Positions 9,943 to 23,495 of a DNA stretch of 64,000 nucleotides are shown here, piece after piece (positions within the stretch are counted from its first letter, which is position 1; the number at the start of each line of letters is the position of its first letter). The DNA comes from Candidatus Calescamantes bacterium (GTDB taxonomy: Bacteria; CAIJMQ01; JAADFP01). Below the pieces are notes generated by a model. It ran no database searches, was not told where the DNA came from, and saw nothing but the letters and a program-made list of their open reading frames with translations. The translations under genes were made by a program, and so were the position numbers. The stretch spans positions 1,017 to 65,016 of the forward strand of contig JAGGYA010000010.1 in NCBI GenBank assembly GCA_021162785.1. Direction: 5' to 3'.

Positions 9943-12900
9943 ATGCCAAGGCCGGTGGAAGTAAGAGATTTCACAAAAATTCCAAGTGTAATGGATCTTC
10001 CACCTTTAATAGATGTGCCTCGTGAATCTTACGAAAGGTTCTTTCAAAAGGATGTCCCGCATGAGAAAAGGGCGCCGGTTGGACTTAAAAAAGTTTTGGA
10101 TGAAATCTTTCCTATAGAAGGGAAAAATGGGAAAATTGAACTTCATCTTTTAAGTTATGAAGTAGAAGACCCCCCAACCACGGAAGAAGAATGCGTAAGA
10201 AAGGGGATAACTTATGCGGTTAAAGTAGCCTTAAATACCCGACTCTACATTTACAAAACCACAAAAAAGAAGGAAATATCCTCAATTCGAGAAGAACGGG
10301 TTTATCTTGGAGAATTTCCTTTAATGACTGAAAGAGGCACCTTTATCATAAATGGTGTGGAAAGAGTTGTAGTTTCACAGCTTCATCGTTCCCCTGGAAT
10401 TATATTCGAATCACTCGGGACAGTAAGAGGTAAAGAACTTTTCTCTGCACGTATAATACCTGATCGAGGTATTTGGCTGGAATTCACAACTGATACCTCT
10501 GATCTTATTTATGTCAGCATAGGTCGTCGAAGAAAAATGTTAGTTACTACTTTCCTAAGAGCCATAGGTTTCACCAGAGATAGTGATATAATCCGTGCAT
10601 TCTATAGTGTAGAAAATGTAGACATAACTAAGAAAGGAGCTCCTCAAAAAGTCCTGGGGAAAAGGTTAGCAGAAGATGTTTTGGATCCTGATAGTGGAGA
10701 AGTTCTCTTGGAATCCAAAAATGAAATAACCTTAGAACATCTCAAAATCTTCAGCATAAAAGGGGTTAAAAAAGTAAAGATAATAAAGGAAACCGCTCCC
10801 GAAGATTTAATGGTTCTCAACACATTAATAAAAGATGACCACAAAACAGAGGAAGGAGCTCTTTCCTTCGTCTACTCACGACTCCGGCCCGGGAATCCTT
10901 TTGAACCAGAGACTGCACGAGCTTATCTTTACAACTCCCTCTTTGATAAAGACAGATTTGACCTCTCGCGTATAGGGAGATATAGACTCAACCGCAGATT
11001 AGGATTGAATGTCCCATTAGAAGAAACCAGTTTAAGAATCCAAGACATTCTTGTAACCATTAAAGAGCTCATAAAAATTGCTAAAGGTGAGTCTGAGGTA
11101 GATGATGTGGACCATCTTGGAAATAGAAGAGTAAGAAGAGTTGGTGATTTAATGGAAAATCAAACCCGAGTAGCCCTTTTAAGAATGGCAAGAATGGCTC
11201 AGGAAAGAATGCTACTCGAAGATGAAGACGAACTCATGCCCCACGACTTAGTAAATCCCAGAATCATCAATACTACTCTTCATGAATTCTTTGCAAGGAG
11301 TCAGCTCTCCCAATTCCTTGATCAAACAAATCCTCTTTCTGAATTAACCCACAAAAGGAGATTAAGCTGTCTGGGGCCAGAGGGGCTTAGTAGAGAAAGA
11401 GCAGGTATAGAAGTTAGAGATGTTCATCCTACACATTATGGAAGAATATGTCCCATTGAGACTCCAGAAGGTCAGAACATAGGTTTAATAACCTCTTTAG
11501 CCACCTACGCTCGGGTTAATGAACTGGGACTCCTGGTTACCCCTTACCGCAAAGTAGAAAACGGTAGAGTTACCAACAAGATTGAATGGCTGGCAGCTGA
11601 TGAAGAAGACAATTTTGTGATAGCTCAAGCAAATGCTCCTGTTGACGAGGAAGGGAGATTTATAAATCCGGAGGTAATGGTTAGATTCAAAGGAGACTTC
11701 ATGCGTGTTCCTCCGGAAAAAGTGGATTATATGGATGTAACCCCTGTTCAGACGGTAAGTGTATCTTCCTCTCTAATCCCCTTCTTGGAACACGATGATT
11801 CTAACCGTGCTCTCATGGGTTCAAATATGCAGAGGCAAGCAGTCCCTCTACTCTTTACCGAACCACCTTTAATTCAGACAGGAATGGAGGGTAGAGCTGC
11901 CCGAGATTCCGGTGCAGTAGTTGTTTGCAAAGCAGATGGTGTAGTAATCGAAGTTAATTCTGAACTTATAGTGGTAAAACGAGATGATAGTGACAAATTA
12001 GGAGATTTTGATTATTATCCTTTGAAAAAATTTGCCCGAACAAATCAATCCACCTGTTTCCATCATCGTCCCAAGGTTAAGAAAGGGGATCGAGTGAAGA
12101 AAGGAGATGTCTTGGCAGATGGTCCCGCTACTCGAGACGGTAAACTTGCTTTAGGAAAAAATGTATTGGTTGCTTTCATGCCTTGGGAAGGGTATAACTT
12201 TGAAGATGCCATACTTATAAGCGAAAAACTGGTAAAAGAGGATGTTTATACCTCTGTCCACATAGAAGAATTTGAGATTGAATGTCGAGAAACCAAGCTC
12301 GGTAAAGAGGAAATTACCCGTGACCTCCCCAATGTTAGTGAAGAAGAACTTGCAGACCTGGATGAAGATGGAATTATAAGAATAGGTGCCTATGTAAAAC
12401 CCGGGGATATCCTGGTCGGGAAAGTTACCCCTAAGGGAGAAACAGTAACAACTTCGGAGGAAAAACTTCTCCGGGCCATTTTCGGTGAAAAAGCCAGTGA
12501 AGTTGTCAATAAATCTTTACGTGTCCCTCCCGGTGTAAGGGGTATTGTTATTGATGTAAAGGTCTATTCCCGCGAAAAAGAAGACATCGAGAAAGAGAAA
12601 AAGAATTCTCCCGAAGTTCAAATAATGAAAAGAAAATACCAAACTTTACGACGCTGTGTAGAAGAAGAAAGAGAAGAAATATTGAAATCCCTTCTCTTAG
12701 GTAAGAAGCTTTCCAAACCCCTCAAATCAAAGAAAAAAACCATTCTGGAGGCAGGAACAGTAATTACTGAAGAAATCTGGGAAAAGATAAAAGGAAGGAA
12801 CCTAAAAGAATTGAAAATTGGACAGCCACAGATAGAGTCTAAAATTGAGGCAATCGAAGAAGAATTTGCAGAAAAGATCAAAGAATTAAAAGAAAAAGAG

Positions 12901-15900
12901 GAGAACGAAATAAAAAGACTCATTGAAATTGAAGAGCTTCCTCCTGGAGTGATCAAAAAAGTGAAAGTTTATGTAGCCTCCAAAAGAAAAATTCAGGAAG
13001 GAGACAAACTATCTGGAAGACATGGGAATAAAGGAGTGGTGGCCCGTGTACTTCCAGAAGAAGATATGCCTTACCTCCCCGATGGTAGACCTGTAGAAAT
13101 AGTTTTAAACCCACTTGGTGTTCCCTCCCGCATGAACCTTGGGCAATTATTGGAAACTCACTTAGGATGGGCAGCAAAGGTCTTAGGCTGTGAAGTTATC
13201 ACCCCTGTATTCAATGGAGCTAAAGAAGAAGAAGTTTGGGAAATGCTTAAAGAAGCTGGCCTCCCTGAAGATGGAAAAACCATTGTTTATGATGGAAGAA
13301 CAGGCGAACCTTTCCATTCCCCAGTAGTGGTTGGATACATTTATATGATGAAACTTATCCATATGGTAGAGGACAAAATACACGCTCGAGCCACTGGACC
13401 TTACTCCCTTATTACACAGCAGCCCTTAGGTGGAAAGGCTCAATTTGGTGGCCAGAGATTTGGAGAAATGGAGGTATGGGCACTGGAAGCATATGGAGCA
13501 GCTTACACTCTTCAAGAAATGCTTACCGTAAAAAGTGACGATATCGAGGGAAGAAGCAGAATTTATGAAGCCATTGTGAAAGGTGAAAATACACTTATCC
13601 CTGGAACTCCAGAATCCTTCAATGTGCTGGTAAAAGAACTTCAGGGACTCTGTATAGATGTAAAAATTGAAAAAGCCAGACCTTCCTTAGATGAGAAAGG
13701 ATTGATTACACCAGAAAAAGGGAGGACTGAGGTAAGGAGTGTTACCTTAGGAATTGCTTCCCCACAACTCATAAGGTCGTGGTCTTACGGAGAAGTAAAG
13801 AAACCGGAAACCCTAAATTACCGAACCCTTAAACCCGAAAGAGACGGTCTCTTCTGTGAAAAAATCTTTGGGCCCACCCGAGATTGGGAGTGTTACTGCG
13901 GAAAGTATAAGAGAATTAAACATAAAGGTGTAATTTGTGAACGCTGTGGAGTAGAGGTTACTCAATCTAAAGTGAGAAGAGAAAGAATGGGGCATATAAA
14001 TCTGGTAACACCCGTAGCTCATATCTGGTTCTTCAAAGTAGTTCCTTCCGTAATGGGGACTCTTCTAAACATAACCCTGCCAAACCTTGAACGGGTTATC
14101 TACTATGACGCCTGGATTGTAATCGATCCGGGGAATACTCCATTGGAGAAGTGCCAGGTCTTAAGAGAACAAGAATACCAGGAAGCAAGAGAGAAATACG
14201 GTGATGCTTTCCGGGCAGGGATGGGTGCCCCTGCACTGAGAGAAATACTGCAGGAACTTGACTTAGATAAACTTGCAGAAGAACTAAGACAGCAAGAAAA
14301 AATGACCAAATCACGACAGCAGAAATGGAGAATTAACCGCAGACTCAAACTTGTAGAGGCTTTCAGAAAATCTGGCCAGAGACCTGAATGGATGATACTG
14401 GAAGTTATACCAGTAATTCCACCTAATCTCCGTCCTCTTGTGCCACTGGACAAAGGTGGTTTTGCCACCTCAGACCTAAACGACCTTTACCGCAGACTCA
14501 TCAACAGAAACAACCGTCTTAAGAAACTCATGGAAATGGGTGCTCCCGAAATCATACTCAGAAACGAAAAAAGAATGCTTCAGGAAGCAGTGGATGCTCT
14601 CTTTGATAACAGCCGTAAAGCCAGACCCGTAGTTGACCAGAACGGAAGGCCACTTAAATCCTTAGCAGATACTTTAGCAGGTAAACAAGGTAGGTTCCGA
14701 CAGAATCTCCTTGGTAAAAGAGTGGATTATTCTGGAAGATCAGTCATTGTAGTAGACCCCAAACTCAAACTTTATCAGTGTGGTTTACCAAAAGTAATGG
14801 CATTAGAACTCTTCCAGCCCTTCATTATAAGAAACTTGCGGGAGAAAGGGTATGTCCATACAATTCGTTCGGGTAAGAAACTAATTGAAAAAGGGACACC
14901 TGAAGTCTGGGAAGCATTAGAAGAAGTAATCAAGGGACACTTAGTTCTGCTTAACCGTGCACCTACCCTCCACCGTATAAGTATTCAAGCATTCCAGCCA
15001 GTTCTTCATGAATCCAAGACAATTCGAATACACCCCTTAGTCTGCCCTGCTTACAACGCAGACTTTGATGGAGACACAATGAGTGTATTTGTCCCTCTTT
15101 CTTTAGAATCCTTACTTGAAGCACGGTTACTCATGTTATCTTCCCACAACTTATTTGCACCAGCTGATGGCCGTCCAATAGTCACTCCTACTCAGGATAT
15201 TGTTCTGGGAGTATATTACCTCACCTTAATGGATCCCAAAAAGAAACCGGAGAAGAAGTTCTACTTCCCGGGTGAGGCTATTCAAGCTTATGAACTGGGG
15301 TATGTTAAACTTAACGATCCTATTTATCTATACAAAGGTGGAGAATTTATAGTTACTACACCCGGTAGATTAATCTTCAATTCTCTCTTACCCGAAGGAA
15401 TTCCCTTTGTTAATGAAGAAATAACCAAAAGTAAATTAGCTTCCTTAATCACCACCATTATAAATAAGAAAGGTAAAGATAGAATTGTGGAATTCTTAGA
15501 TGAACTGAAAGAACATGGTTTCCACTATGCAACTATTGGTGGTATTTCAATGGGTATGGCAGATGTTAAAGTGCCACCCAAAAAGTGGGATATCATAGAA
15601 GAAGCAAGAAAAGAAGCAGAAAAGATTGAAGAAGACTATCGCAAAGGAATAATTACCATGGGAGAACGATATAATCAGATTGTTGACCTCTGGACCAGAG
15701 TCTCCGATGAAATAGCTGATCTTATGCTTCAAGAACTCTCCAGTGATCCTTTCAACCCTGTTTACATGATGATGGCCTCTGAAGCAAGAGGAAGTGCACA
15801 ACAGATTCGGCAACTTGGTGGTATGCGAGGTTTAATCGCCAGACCGAGAAAGAAACTGGTAGGTGCAGTAGGTGAAATCATAGAGACACCAATTCTCACC

Positions 15901-17730
15901 AACTTCCGTGAAGGGCTGACTGTGCTGGAATACTTCATCTCCACTCATGGTGGAAGAAAAGGATTAGCCGATACCGCCTTAAAAACTGCTGAAGCTGGAT
16001 ATCTCACACGCAGACTTGTAGATGTGGCTCAGGATATCGTGGTAAGGGAAGAAGATTGTGGAACATTAAATGGAATTATTATGCGAGCACTGGAAATCGG
16101 AGGGAAAGTAATAATACCTCTCCGTGAAAGAATTGCCGGTAGAATAGCGCTGGAAGACATTCGTATTCCTTCATTGGGAGATGTAATAGTTAAGGCTGGT
16201 GAAGAAATCACTCCTGAGAAAGCTGAAATCATTGAGGAAGCAGGAGTAGAAGAAGTTCCTATTAGGTCTGTGCTCACCTGTGAAAACCGGATGGGTGTAT
16301 GTCAAAAATGCTACGGTAGAGATTTAGCCACTGGTGAAATGGTAGAAGTAGGACAAGCAGTAGGAATAATGGCTGCTCAAGCTATAGGTGAACCAGGCAC
16401 TCAGCTCACTTTAAGAACTTTCCACATTGGTGGAATGGCTACCCGAATTGTGGGAGAAAGCCAGTATCAAGCAATGAAGGGAGGTAGGGTTAAATTTGTT
16501 AACCTTAAAGCCATTGAGAAAAATGGCCAGAAATTGGTCCTTAACCGAAATGGTTGGATAATACTCTTGGATGAAGAAGGTAAAGAAGTGGAGAAATTCA
16601 AGATCCCTGTAGGGGCAATTATTAAAGTAGAGGAAGGAGTAGAAGTTAAGTCTGGGGAAGTTCTTGTAGAATGGGATCCTTATGTCAGACCTTTCCTCTC
16701 TGAGATTGATGGTAAAGTGGAATTTGAAGAAATCATACCTGACATTACAGTAAAGGAAGAAATAAATAGAGAGACTGGCCTTAAAGAAATGGTAATTATT
16801 GAACATCGTCCACAATTTCAGCCAGCCATAAGAGTCAAAAATGAAAAAACTGGAGAAGAAAGAATCTATCCCCTCCCCATAAATACCCATATTGTTGTAG
16901 AAAATGGTGCGGAAGTAAAAGCAGGGGATATGCTGGCAAAAACCATGAGGGAAGTAGTAAAAGCTACGGATATTACGGGTGGTTTACCTCGAGTTTCCGA
17001 ACTCTTTGAGGCAAGAAAACCGAAAGATCCTGCAGTAGTCACAGAGATCGATGGTGTGGTTAAGAAGATTGTAAGAGAAGAAAAAGAAAGGAAGATAATA
17101 ATTGAGGCGGATGATGGTGAAATAAGAGAATATAGAGTTCCACCTGGTAAACATATTGAAGTAGATGTGGGTGACCGGGTAGAAGCAGGGCAGAAACTCA
17201 CCGATGGTCCAGTAGTCCTTCAGGAAATCCTCAGAATTGAAGGTGAAAGAAGACTTCAGTACCATCTTCTCAATGAAATTCAGGAAGTTTACCGACTACA
17301 AGGAGTAAAGATTAACGATAAACATATAGAACTTATCATCCGTCAGATGCTGAAGAAAGTTCAGATTGAAGATCCAGGAGACACCAATTTCCTGTGGGGT
17401 GAACAAGTAGACAAATTCAAGTTCCAGGAAGAAAACGAAAGAGTAATTCGTGAAGGAGGAAGACCTGCTCAGGCACGACCTCTGGTTCTGGGTATCACTA
17501 AAGCTTCCCTTTCTTCAAGTAGTTTCATTGCTGCAGCTTCTTTCCAGGAAACCAGCAGAGTATTAACTCGTGCAGCGGTATATGCGCAAAGAGATGAATT
17601 GAAAGGGATTAAGGAGAATGTTATAATAGGCAACCTTATTCCTGCAGGAACGGGTTGGAGACAGTATAGAGAAGTGGAGGTTGTGAAAAGTGCCGACCTT
17701 GAATCAACTGGTACGGAAGGGCAGACATAA
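9943..17730 (+). CDS. rpoBC: fused DNA-directed RNA polymerase beta-beta' subunit (RpoB::RpoC single polypeptide, 2595 aa)
   Basis: One uninterrupted ORF. Residues ~1-1245 are RpoB (ends ...[21 protein letters not shown]). After a ~20-aa linker, canonical RpoC begins ([48 protein letters not shown]...NADFDGD...) and runs to the end. Confidence 0.9.
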   Translation: MPRPVEVRDFTKIPSVMDLPPLIDVPRESYERFFQKDVPHEKRAPVGLKKVLDEIFPIEGKNGKIELHLLSYEVEDPPTTEEECVRKGITYAVKVALNTRLYIYKTTKKKEISSIREERVYLGEFPLMTERGTFIINGVERVVVSQLHRSPGIIFESLGTVRGKELFSARIIPDRGIWLEFTTDTSDLIYVSIGRRRKMLVTTFLRAIGFTRDSDIIRAFYSVENVDITKKGAPQKVLGKRLAEDVLDPDSGEVLLESKNEITLEHLKIFSIKGVKKVKIIKETAPEDLMVLNTLIKDDHKTEEGALSFVYSRLRPGNPFEPETARAYLYNSLFDKDRFDLSRIGRYRLNRRLGLNVPLEETSLRIQDILVTIKELIKIAKGESEVDDVDHLGNRRVRRVGDLMENQTRVALLRMARMAQERMLLEDEDELMPHDLVNPRIINTTLHEFFARSQLSQFLDQTNPLSELTHKRRLSCLGPEGLSRERAGIEVRDVHPTHYGRICPIETPEGQNIGLITSLATYARVNELGLLVTPYRKVENGRVTNKIEWLAADEEDNFVIAQANAPVDEEGRFINPEVMVRFKGDFMRVPPEKVDYMDVTPVQTVSVSSSLIPFLEHDDSNRALMGSNMQRQAVPLLFTEPPLIQTGMEGRAARDSGAVVVCKADGVVIEVNSELIVVKRDDSDKLGDFDYYPLKKFARTNQSTCFHHRPKVKKGDRVKKGDVLADGPATRDGKLALGKNVLVAFMPWEGYNFEDAILISEKLVKEDVYTSVHIEEFEIECRETKLGKEEITRDLPNVSEEELADLDEDGIIRIGAYVKPGDILVGKVTPKGETVTTSEEKLLRAIFGEKASEVVNKSLRVPPGVRGIVIDVKVYSREKEDIEKEKKNSPEVQIMKRKYQTLRRCVEEEREEILKSLLLGKKLSKPLKSKKKTILEAGTVITEEIWEKIKGRNLKELKIGQPQIESKIEAIEEEFAEKIKELKEKEENEIKRLIEIEELPPGVIKKVKVYVASKRKIQEGDKLSGRHGNKGVVARVLPEEDMPYLPDGRPVEIVLNPLGVPSRMNLGQLLETHLGWAAKVLGCEVITPVFNGAKEEEVWEMLKEAGLPEDGKTIVYDGRTGEPFHSPVVVGYIYMMKLIHMVEDKIHARATGPYSLITQQPLGGKAQFGGQRFGEMEVWALEAYGAAYTLQEMLTVKSDDIEGRSRIYEAIVKGENTLIPGTPESFNVLVKELQGLCIDVKIEKARPSLDEKGLITPEKGRTEVRSVTLGIASPQLIRSWSYGEVKKPETLNYRTLKPERDGLFCEKIFGPTRDWECYCGKYKRIKHKGVICERCGVEVTQSKVRRERMGHINLVTPVAHIWFFKVVPSVMGTLLNITLPNLERVIYYDAWIVIDPGNTPLEKCQVLREQEYQEAREKYGDAFRAGMGAPALREILQELDLDKLAEELRQQEKMTKSRQQKWRINRRLKLVEAFRKSGQRPEWMILEVIPVIPPNLRPLVPLDKGGFATSDLNDLYRRLINRNNRLKKLMEMGAPEIILRNEKRMLQEAVDALFDNSRKARPVVDQNGRPLKSLADTLAGKQGRFRQNLLGKRVDYSGRSVIVVDPKLKLYQCGLPKVMALELFQPFIIRNLREKGYVHTIRSGKKLIEKGTPEVWEALEEVIKGHLVLLNRAPTLHRISIQAFQPVLHESKTIRIHPLVCPAYNADFDGDTMSVFVPLSLESLLEARLLMLSSHNLFAPADGRPIVTPTQDIVLGVYYLTLMDPKKKPEKKFYFPGEAIQAYELGYVKLNDPIYLYKGGEFIVTTPGRLIFNSLLPEGIPFVNEEITKSKLASLITTIINKKGKDRIVEFLDELKEHGFHYATIGGISMGMADVKVPPKKWDIIEEARKEAEKIEEDYRKGIITMGERYNQIVDLWTRVSDEIADLMLQELSSDPFNPVYMMMASEARGSAQQIRQLGGMRGLIARPRKKLVGAVGEIIETPILTNFREGLTVLEYFISTHGGRKGLADTALKTAEAGYLTRRLVDVAQDIVVREEDCGTLNGIIMRALEIGGKVIIPLRERIAGRIALEDIRIPSLGDVIVKAGEEITPEKAEIIEEAGVEEVPIRSVLTCENRMGVCQKCYGRDLATGEMVEVGQAVGIMAAQAIGEPGTQLTLRTFHIGGMATRIVGESQYQAMKGGRVKFVNLKAIEKNGQKLVLNRNGWIILLDEEGKEVEKFKIPVGAIIKVEEGVEVKSGEVLVEWDPYVRPFLSEIDGKVEFEEIIPDITVKEEINRETGLKEMVIIEHRPQFQPAIRVKNEKTGEERIYPLPINTHIVVENGAEVKAGDMLAKTMREVVKATDITGGLPRVSELFEARKPKDPAVVTEIDGVVKKIVREEKERKIIIEADDGEIREYRVPPGKHIEVDVGDRVEAGQKLTDGPVVLQEILRIEGERRLQYHLLNEIQEVYRLQGVKINDKHIELIIRQMLKKVQIEDPGDTNFLWGEQVDKFKFQEENERVIREGGRPAQARPLVLGITKASLSSSSFIAAASFQETSRVLTRAAVYAQRDELKGIKENVIIGNLIPAGTGWRQYREVEVVKSADLESTGTEGQT

Positions 17731-18061
17731 ACCCACTTATAAATCAAAGAGCCCTGCTCTTAAAAAAGCTCCTCAACGGAGGGGAGTTTGTACTCGTGTA
17801 TATACTGTCACTCCTAAGAAACCTAACTCTGCTTTAAGAAAAGTTGCCCGAGTGAGACTCTCCACTGGTATTGAGATAACAGCTTATATTCCAGGTGAAG
17901 GACACAATCTGCAGGAACACTCACTCGTTTTGGTTAGAGGTGGAAGAGTTAAGGATTTACCCGGTGTTAGATACCATATCATCCGGGGAACCCTTGATGC
18001 TTCGGGTGTAGAGGGAAGGAAAAAGTCTCGTTCAAAATACGGGACAAGAGCAGAATCTTAA
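17690..18061 (+). CDS. rpsL: 30S ribosomal protein S12
   Basis: 123 aa; [12 protein letters not shown]...[16 protein letters not shown]. Start overlaps the rpoBC 3' end by 41 nt. Confidence 0.95.
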   Translation: MPTLNQLVRKGRHKPTYKSKSPALKKAPQRRGVCTRVYTVTPKKPNSALRKVARVRLSTGIEITAYIPGEGHNLQEHSLVLVRGGRVKDLPGVRYHIIRGTLDASGVEGRKKSRSKYGTRAES

Positions 18062-18077
18062 AACCTGGAGAGAAAAA

Positions 18078-18548
18078 ATGCGAAGAAGGAGAGCACCCAA
18101 GAGGGAAATTTTACCCGACCCAAAGTTCGGTAGCACGCTGGTAGCTAAGTTCATCAACAAGCTTATGTGGGATGGAAAAAAGAGCAAAGCTCAAAAAATC
18201 TTCTATGAAGCCTTGGATATCATCTCCCAGAGAATCAAAAATGAAGATCCTTTAGAAGTCTTCAAACAAGCCATCAACAATGTAAGGCCAATCCTGGAAG
18301 TGAGACCACGCCGAGTGGGAGGCGCCACCTATCAAATCCCAATGGAAGTAAGACCCGAACGTAGCATATCCTTGGCCATGAAATGGATAATTGAATTTGC
18401 TCGAGGAAGAAAAGGCGCCCCTATGTCTGAAAGATTAGCTCAAGAAATTATAGACGCCTATCGTGGTGAAGGGGCTTCCATAAAGAAGAAAGAAGACACC
18501 CATAAAATGGCGGAAGCAAACCGAGCCTTTGCTCATTACAGATGGTAA
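18078..18548 (+). CDS. rpsG: 30S ribosomal protein S7
   Basis: 156 aa; typical S7 sequence, ends ...AFAHYRW. Confidence 0.95.
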   Translation: MRRRRAPKREILPDPKFGSTLVAKFINKLMWDGKKSKAQKIFYEALDIISQRIKNEDPLEVFKQAINNVRPILEVRPRRVGGATYQIPMEVRPERSISLAMKWIIEFARGRKGAPMSERLAQEIIDAYRGEGASIKKKEDTHKMAEANRAFAHYRW

Positions 18549-18580
18549 CACTTAATTCCACCCTTCTGGAAGAGGTAAAG

Positions 18581-20650
18581 ATGAAGGATATTTATCCACT
18601 GGAACTTATAAGAAATATTGGAATAATGGCACATATTGATGCAGGGAAGACCACCACCACCGAAAGAATACTTTTCTATACTGGGAAAATATATCGGATG
18701 GGGGAAGTCCATGAAGGAACTGCTACTATGGATTGGATGGATCAAGAAAAAGAGAGAGGAGTAACTATAACCGCTGCAGCAACCACCTGTTTTTGGAAAG
18801 AACACCGGATAAATATCATTGATACACCCGGCCATGTGGACTTTACTGCGGAAGTGGAAAGATCCTTACGTGTCTTAGACGGAGCAATTGCTATCTTCTG
18901 TGGAGTAGGTGGAGTAGAACCCCAATCAGAAACTGTCTGGCATCAAGCAGATAAATACCAAGTGCCACGCATTGCTTTTATAAATAAAATGGATAGAGTT
19001 GGAGCAGATTACTTTGCCACCATTGATGAAATGAAAGAAAAATTGGATGCTCAACCTTTAGTCCTTCAACTCCCACTTGGGGAAGGGGAGAATTTTCGTG
19101 GAATGATTGATTTGGTGAGAATGAAAGCAATTTTATATGAGAAAGATGAACTTGGCCAAGAATTTGAAGTGAGAGAACTTACTCCTGAGGAGAGAAGAGA
19201 AGCGGAAAAATGGCAGGAAAAATTGATAGAGCAATTGGGAGAAATAGAAGAAGAAATACTGGAAAAGTATTTGGAGGGTGAAGAAATAAGCCCTGAATTA
19301 ATGGAAAAAGCCATTAGAAAAGCCACTTTGGAAAAATTTTGGGTGCCGGTTCTTTGTGGTTCAGCCCTAAAAAATAAAGGTATCCAACCTTTATTAGATG
19401 CTATTGTCAAATTTCTCCCTTCCCCTATGGATATCCCTCCCATTAAAGGCATCCATCCCAAAACAGGAGAAGAAATTGAGAGAAAACCTTCCGTATCTGC
19501 ACCTTTTTCAGCATTAGCATTTAAGATTTCTACAGACCCTTTTGTGGGTAGACTTACTTATGCAAGAATTTATTCAGGAAAGATTAAACCGGGTGAAAAA
19601 GTCTTCAACGCCACCCGTGGCAAAGAAGAGAGAATTTCTAAAATTCTTTTACTTCACGCCAACAAAAAAGAAGAACGAAGGCAAGGGCATGCAGGAGAAA
19701 TTGTTGGATTAATTGGATTAAAAGAAACATTTACTGGGGACACCTTATGTGACCGCTCCCATCCCATAATCTTGGAGAAACCCAGATTTCCAGAACCTGT
19801 GGTCTCTCTGGCTATTGAACCAAGAAACAAAGATGAAGCAGAAAAGCTTACTGTAGCTTTAAGAAAATTGGAAGAAGAAGACCCAACATTCAAAGTAAAG
19901 TATGATCCTGAAACCGGGCAAACACTCCTCTCAGGGATGGGTGAACTCCATCTGGAAGTATTAGCTACAAGGCTAATCCGTGAATTCAAGGTTCAGGCAC
20001 GCTTAGGGAAACCTCAAGTCTCCTACCGGGAAGCAATTAGAAAGGAAGTTGTTCAGGAAGGGAAGTTTATTCGCCAAACAGGTGGAAGAGGCCACTATGG
20101 TCATGTAGTCTTAAAATTAGAACCTTCCGAAGATAAAGAATTTGAATTTATAAACGAAATAAAGGGAGGAGTAATACCTTCCCAGTATATCCCAGCTGTG
20201 GAAAAAGGGGTTAAAGAAGCCCTTGAAACAGGAGTCCTTGCAGGATATCCAGTAATAAGGATTAAAGTTCATCTAATTGATGGTTCTTATCACGAAGTAG
20301 ATTCTTCAGATTTGGCATTTTATACGGCAGCAAGTATTGCAGTAAGAGAAGGATTAAAAAAAGCTGAACCCTATTTACTCGAACCTATTATGCGGTTAGA
20401 AGTGGTGATCCCAGAAGAGTATTTAGGCCAAGTCTTAGGGGATTTAAATGCAAGAAATGGAGAAATTGAGGAAATAAAACATCGAGGAAAAACCACTATC
20501 ATTATTGCATATGTCCCCTTGAGAGAAATGTTTGGTTATGCTACAATCCTTCGCTCCCTCACCCAAGGACGAGGGAGTTATGTAATGGAATTCTCCAAAT
20601 TTATGGAGGTTCCAGAGGAATTGGCTAAGAAATTAATGGAAGAATATTAG
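18581..20650 (+). CDS. fusA: elongation factor G
   Basis: Likely start at [28 protein letters not shown] (RBS ggaagaggt upstream). G1-G5 motifs and EF-G domains II-V. The ORF-track start at 18542 is a 13-aa N-terminal over-extension. Confidence 0.95.
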   Translation: MKDIYPLELIRNIGIMAHIDAGKTTTTERILFYTGKIYRMGEVHEGTATMDWMDQEKERGVTITAAATTCFWKEHRINIIDTPGHVDFTAEVERSLRVLDGAIAIFCGVGGVEPQSETVWHQADKYQVPRIAFINKMDRVGADYFATIDEMKEKLDAQPLVLQLPLGEGENFRGMIDLVRMKAILYEKDELGQEFEVRELTPEERREAEKWQEKLIEQLGEIEEEILEKYLEGEEISPELMEKAIRKATLEKFWVPVLCGSALKNKGIQPLLDAIVKFLPSPMDIPPIKGIHPKTGEEIERKPSVSAPFSALAFKISTDPFVGRLTYARIYSGKIKPGEKVFNATRGKEERISKILLLHANKKEERRQGHAGEIVGLIGLKETFTGDTLCDRSHPIILEKPRFPEPVVSLAIEPRNKDEAEKLTVALRKLEEEDPTFKVKYDPETGQTLLSGMGELHLEVLATRLIREFKVQARLGKPQVSYREAIRKEVVQEGKFIRQTGGRGHYGHVVLKLEPSEDKEFEFINEIKGGVIPSQYIPAVEKGVKEALETGVLAGYPVIRIKVHLIDGSYHEVDSSDLAFYTAASIAVREGLKKAEPYLLEPIMRLEVVIPEEYLGQVLGDLNARNGEIEEIKHRGKTTIIIAYVPLREMFGYATILRSLTQGRGSYVMEFSKFMEVPEELAKKLMEEY

Positions 20651-20668
20651 TAAGGGAGGTGAAGGAAA

Positions 20669-21868
20669 ATGCCAAAGGAAAAGTTCGAAAGGAAGAAACC
20701 CCACCTTAATGTGGGAACCATTGGTCATGTTGACCATGGGAAGAGTACCCTTACCAGTGCCATAACCATGGTTCTTTCCAAGAAGGGATGGGCAGAATTC
20801 AAATCATTGGATGAAATAGATAAAGCACCAGAGGAAAAAGAAAGAGGTCTTACAATTCAAATAGCACATATTGAGTACGAGACAGAGAAAAGGCACTATG
20901 CTCACATTGACTGTCCAGGTCACGCAGATTACATCAAGAACATGATTACTGGTGCTGCCCAAATGGATGGAGCAATACTGGTGGTGAGTGCAGCTGATGG
21001 GCCAATGCCTCAAACCAGAGAACATATACTACTTTCCCGCCAGGTAAATGTCCCCGCGATGGTTGTTTTCCTGAACAAAATAGATCAAGTAGATGACGAG
21101 GAACTCTTAGAATTAGTAGAACTGGAAGTTCGTGAACTCCTCTCCAAGTATGAGTATCCAGGAGACGATATTCCAGTTATAAAGGGTAGTGCACTACAGG
21201 CACTGGAATGCGGGTGTGGAAAAGAAGAGTGTGAAAAATGTGGCAGAATTTGGGAACTCTTAAAAGCAGTAGATGAGTATATCCCTGAACCAGTTAGAGA
21301 AGTGGATAAACCTTTCCTTTTAGCAATTGAAGACATCTTCTCCATAACTGGAAGAGGAACTGTGGTAACAGGAAGAGTAGAAAGAGGGAGAATAAGACCT
21401 GGTGATGAAGTAGAAATAGTAGGACTTGGGGATACCAGAAAGACAGTAGCCACCTCTCTGGAAATGTTCCGGAAAGAACTGGATGAAGCAGTAGCTGGCG
21501 ACAATATTGGTATCCTTCTGAGAGGTATTGGAAAAGACGAGGTAGAAAGAGGAATGGTAGTAGCTGCTCCTGGTTCCATAACTCCTCACACCACTTTCAA
21601 AGCACAGGTTTATGTTCTTACCAAGGAAGAAGGTGGTAGACACACACCTTTCTTCAGCGGATATAAACCTCAGTTCTACATGAGAACCACTGATGTAACG
21701 GGCACGATAAAACTACCTGAAGGGGTAGAGATGGTAATGCCTGGTGATAACATTGAAATGGAAGTTGAACTGATAAAGCCTGTAGCAATAGAACCTGGGT
21801 TGCGGTTTGCTATCAGAGAGGGTGGTAAGACCGTTGGAGCAGGTGTGGTAACAGAAATAATTAAATAA
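20669..21868 (+). CDS. tuf: elongation factor Tu
   Basis: 399 aa; [23 protein letters not shown] motifs. Unusual Cys-rich insert [18 protein letters not shown]. Confidence 0.95.
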   Translation: MPKEKFERKKPHLNVGTIGHVDHGKSTLTSAITMVLSKKGWAEFKSLDEIDKAPEEKERGLTIQIAHIEYETEKRHYAHIDCPGHADYIKNMITGAAQMDGAILVVSAADGPMPQTREHILLSRQVNVPAMVVFLNKIDQVDDEELLELVELEVRELLSKYEYPGDDIPVIKGSALQALECGCGKEECEKCGRIWELLKAVDEYIPEPVREVDKPFLLAIEDIFSITGRGTVVTGRVERGRIRPGDEVEIVGLGDTRKTVATSLEMFRKELDEAVAGDNIGILLRGIGKDEVERGMVVAAPGSITPHTTFKAQVYVLTKEEGGRHTPFFSGYKPQFYMRTTDVTGTIKLPEGVEMVMPGDNIEMEVELIKPVAIEPGLRFAIREGGKTVGAGVVTEIIK

Positions 21869-21925
21869 AATAACACCCTTAAATTACAAAAATTAGGGCA
21901 AAAGGAGGAAGGGGAGAGATTAATA

Positions 21926-22240
21926 ATGGCTGGAGAACAGCAAAAAATCAGGGTGAGACTTAAGGCTTATGACCACAGGATTCTTGATGCCTCCTGTCGG
22001 GAAATCATTCAAACTGCAGAAAGAACTGGTGCAAAGACGGTAGGGCCTATTCCCCTCCCTACAAAGATAGAAAGGTATACTGTCCCTCGCTCTCCCCATA
22101 TTGACAAGAGATCCATGGAAACTTTTGAAATAAAGACTCATAAAAGACTTCTGGAAATAATCGATCCCACACCCAAAACCATAGATGCTTTAATGAGGTT
22201 GAGCCTACCTGCTGGTGTCCATGTTGAAATAAAACTCTAA
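21926..22240 (+). CDS. rpsJ: 30S ribosomal protein S10
   Basis: 104 aa; [16 protein letters not shown]...RSPHIDKRS. Confidence 0.95.
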   Translation: MAGEQQKIRVRLKAYDHRILDASCREIIQTAERTGAKTVGPIPLPTKIERYTVPRSPHIDKRSMETFEIKTHKRLLEIIDPTPKTIDALMRLSLPAGVHVEIKL

Positions 22241-22242
22241 AA

Positions 22243-22869
22243 ATGGTGGGTCTAATAGGGAAAAAATTGGGTATGACACAAATATTTGGAGAGGAAGGGA
22301 GAGTTATTCCTGTGACGGTTATAAAAGCAGGCCCCTGTGTAGTTGTCCAGAAAAAAACCGAGGAAAAAGATGGATACTCTGCACTCCAATTGGGATTTGA
22401 AGAGATAAAAGAAAAAAAAGTAACTAAGCCACTTCTGGGACATTTCAGAAAACATGGAGTAAAACCTCAAAGAATCCTTCGAGAATTCCGTTGGGAAAAC
22501 TTGGATGAAGTGAAAGAAGGCGATGTGATCAAGGTGGATATTTTGGAAGGGTATAAATATGTGGATGTAGAAGGGATATCCAAAGGTAAAGGATTTCAAG
22601 GCGTTGTTAAAAGATGGGGATTTGGTGGTGGGCCAGCTTCTCATGGAACAAAACAATGGCATAGAAGACCTGGAGCAATAGGAGCCCATAGCTGGCCAGG
22701 AAGAGTATGGAAAGGTAAGAAGATGCCTGGGAGAACTGGTGGAGAAAGAGTAACGGTAAAGAATCTGGAAATTGTGGAAATAAGAAAGGACAGTAATCTC
22801 CTTTTAGTAAAGGGTGCGGTTCCTGGCCATAATGGAAGTTATGTAATTATAAAGAACCCTAAGAAATAG
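22243..22869 (+). CDS. rplC: 50S ribosomal protein L3
   Basis: 208 aa; [13 protein letters not shown]..., conserved order. Confidence 0.95.
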   Translation: MVGLIGKKLGMTQIFGEEGRVIPVTVIKAGPCVVVQKKTEEKDGYSALQLGFEEIKEKKVTKPLLGHFRKHGVKPQRILREFRWENLDEVKEGDVIKVDILEGYKYVDVEGISKGKGFQGVVKRWGFGGGPASHGTKQWHRRPGAIGAHSWPGRVWKGKKMPGRTGGERVTVKNLEIVEIRKDSNLLLVKGAVPGHNGSYVIIKNPKK

Positions 22870-22871
22870 TC

Positions 22872-23495
22872 ATGGTGGAACTACCAGTTTACAATCCGGA
22901 AGGGAAAGAAGCGGGGAAAATAGAAGTAAAGGAGGAACTCTTTGCTTATCCTCCTCGACCCCATGTGGTTTGGGAGTATGTGAGAATGTATTTGGCCAAC
23001 CAGAGGCAGGGAACTGCTTCTACAAAGACAAGAGGAGAAGTAAGAGGTGGTGGCGCAAAACCCTGGCCCCAAAAACATACGGGAAGAGCAAGAGCGGGTT
23101 CTATCCGCTCTCCTTTATGGAGAGGTGGAGGAATAATCTTTGGACCCAAACCTCGGGATTATTACTACACCATACCCAAAAAGAAGAAAAGGATAGCCTT
23201 TTATTCAGTCCTCTCTTCATTAAGAGAGGAAGGAAGGATAAAAGTCCTGGAAGACCTCCCGGTAAAAGAGGGAAAAACAAAAGAAGTGGAGAAAGTGCTT
23301 AAGAATCTAAAAGTGGATGAAAAAGTGTTATTAGTTTTGGATAAAGCACCGGAAATTGTTAGGAGAGCAATAAAAAACTTAGAAAATGTAAGATTGCGAG
23401 ACCCAATTTGCCTAAATCCATATGACCTCTTAACCTGTGACTGGGCAGTATTCACAAAAGATGCTATTAAAAAACTGGAAGAGGTGAGAGTATGA
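22872..23495 (+). CDS. rplD: 50S ribosomal protein L4
   Basis: 207 aa; ...KTRGEVRGGGAKPWPQKHTGRARAGSIRSPLWRGGG. Confidence 0.95.
   Translation: MVELPVYNPEGKEAGKIEVKEELFAYPPRPHVVWEYVRMYLANQRQGTASTKTRGEVRGGGAKPWPQKHTGRARAGSIRSPLWRGGGIIFGPKPRDYYYTIPKKKKRIAFYSVLSSLREEGRIKVLEDLPVKEGKTKEVEKVLKNLKVDEKVLLVLDKAPEIVRRAIKNLENVRLRDPICLNPYDLLTCDWAVFTKDAIKKLEEVRV

Noticed and set aside
12600-13000. K/E-rich ~130-aa segment inside the RpoB part (possible lineage-specific insertion)
   Set aside because: It corresponds positionally to the known dispensable beta-i9/SI2 insertion present in many bacteria including E. coli, so it is not a novelty.
10644-17747. Numerous 60-160-aa minus-strand ORFs inside rpoBC
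   Set aside because: They are antisense to a highly conserved coding region with low-complexity translations (S/F/I-rich), so they are typical shadow ORFs. The same applies to antisense ORFs inside fusA, tuf, r-protein genes, trkH, the helicase and others.
18542-18580. 13-aa N-terminal extension on fusA ([13 protein letters not shown])
   Set aside because: It overlaps the rpsG stop, and the canonical EF-G N-terminus with an RBS begins at 18581.
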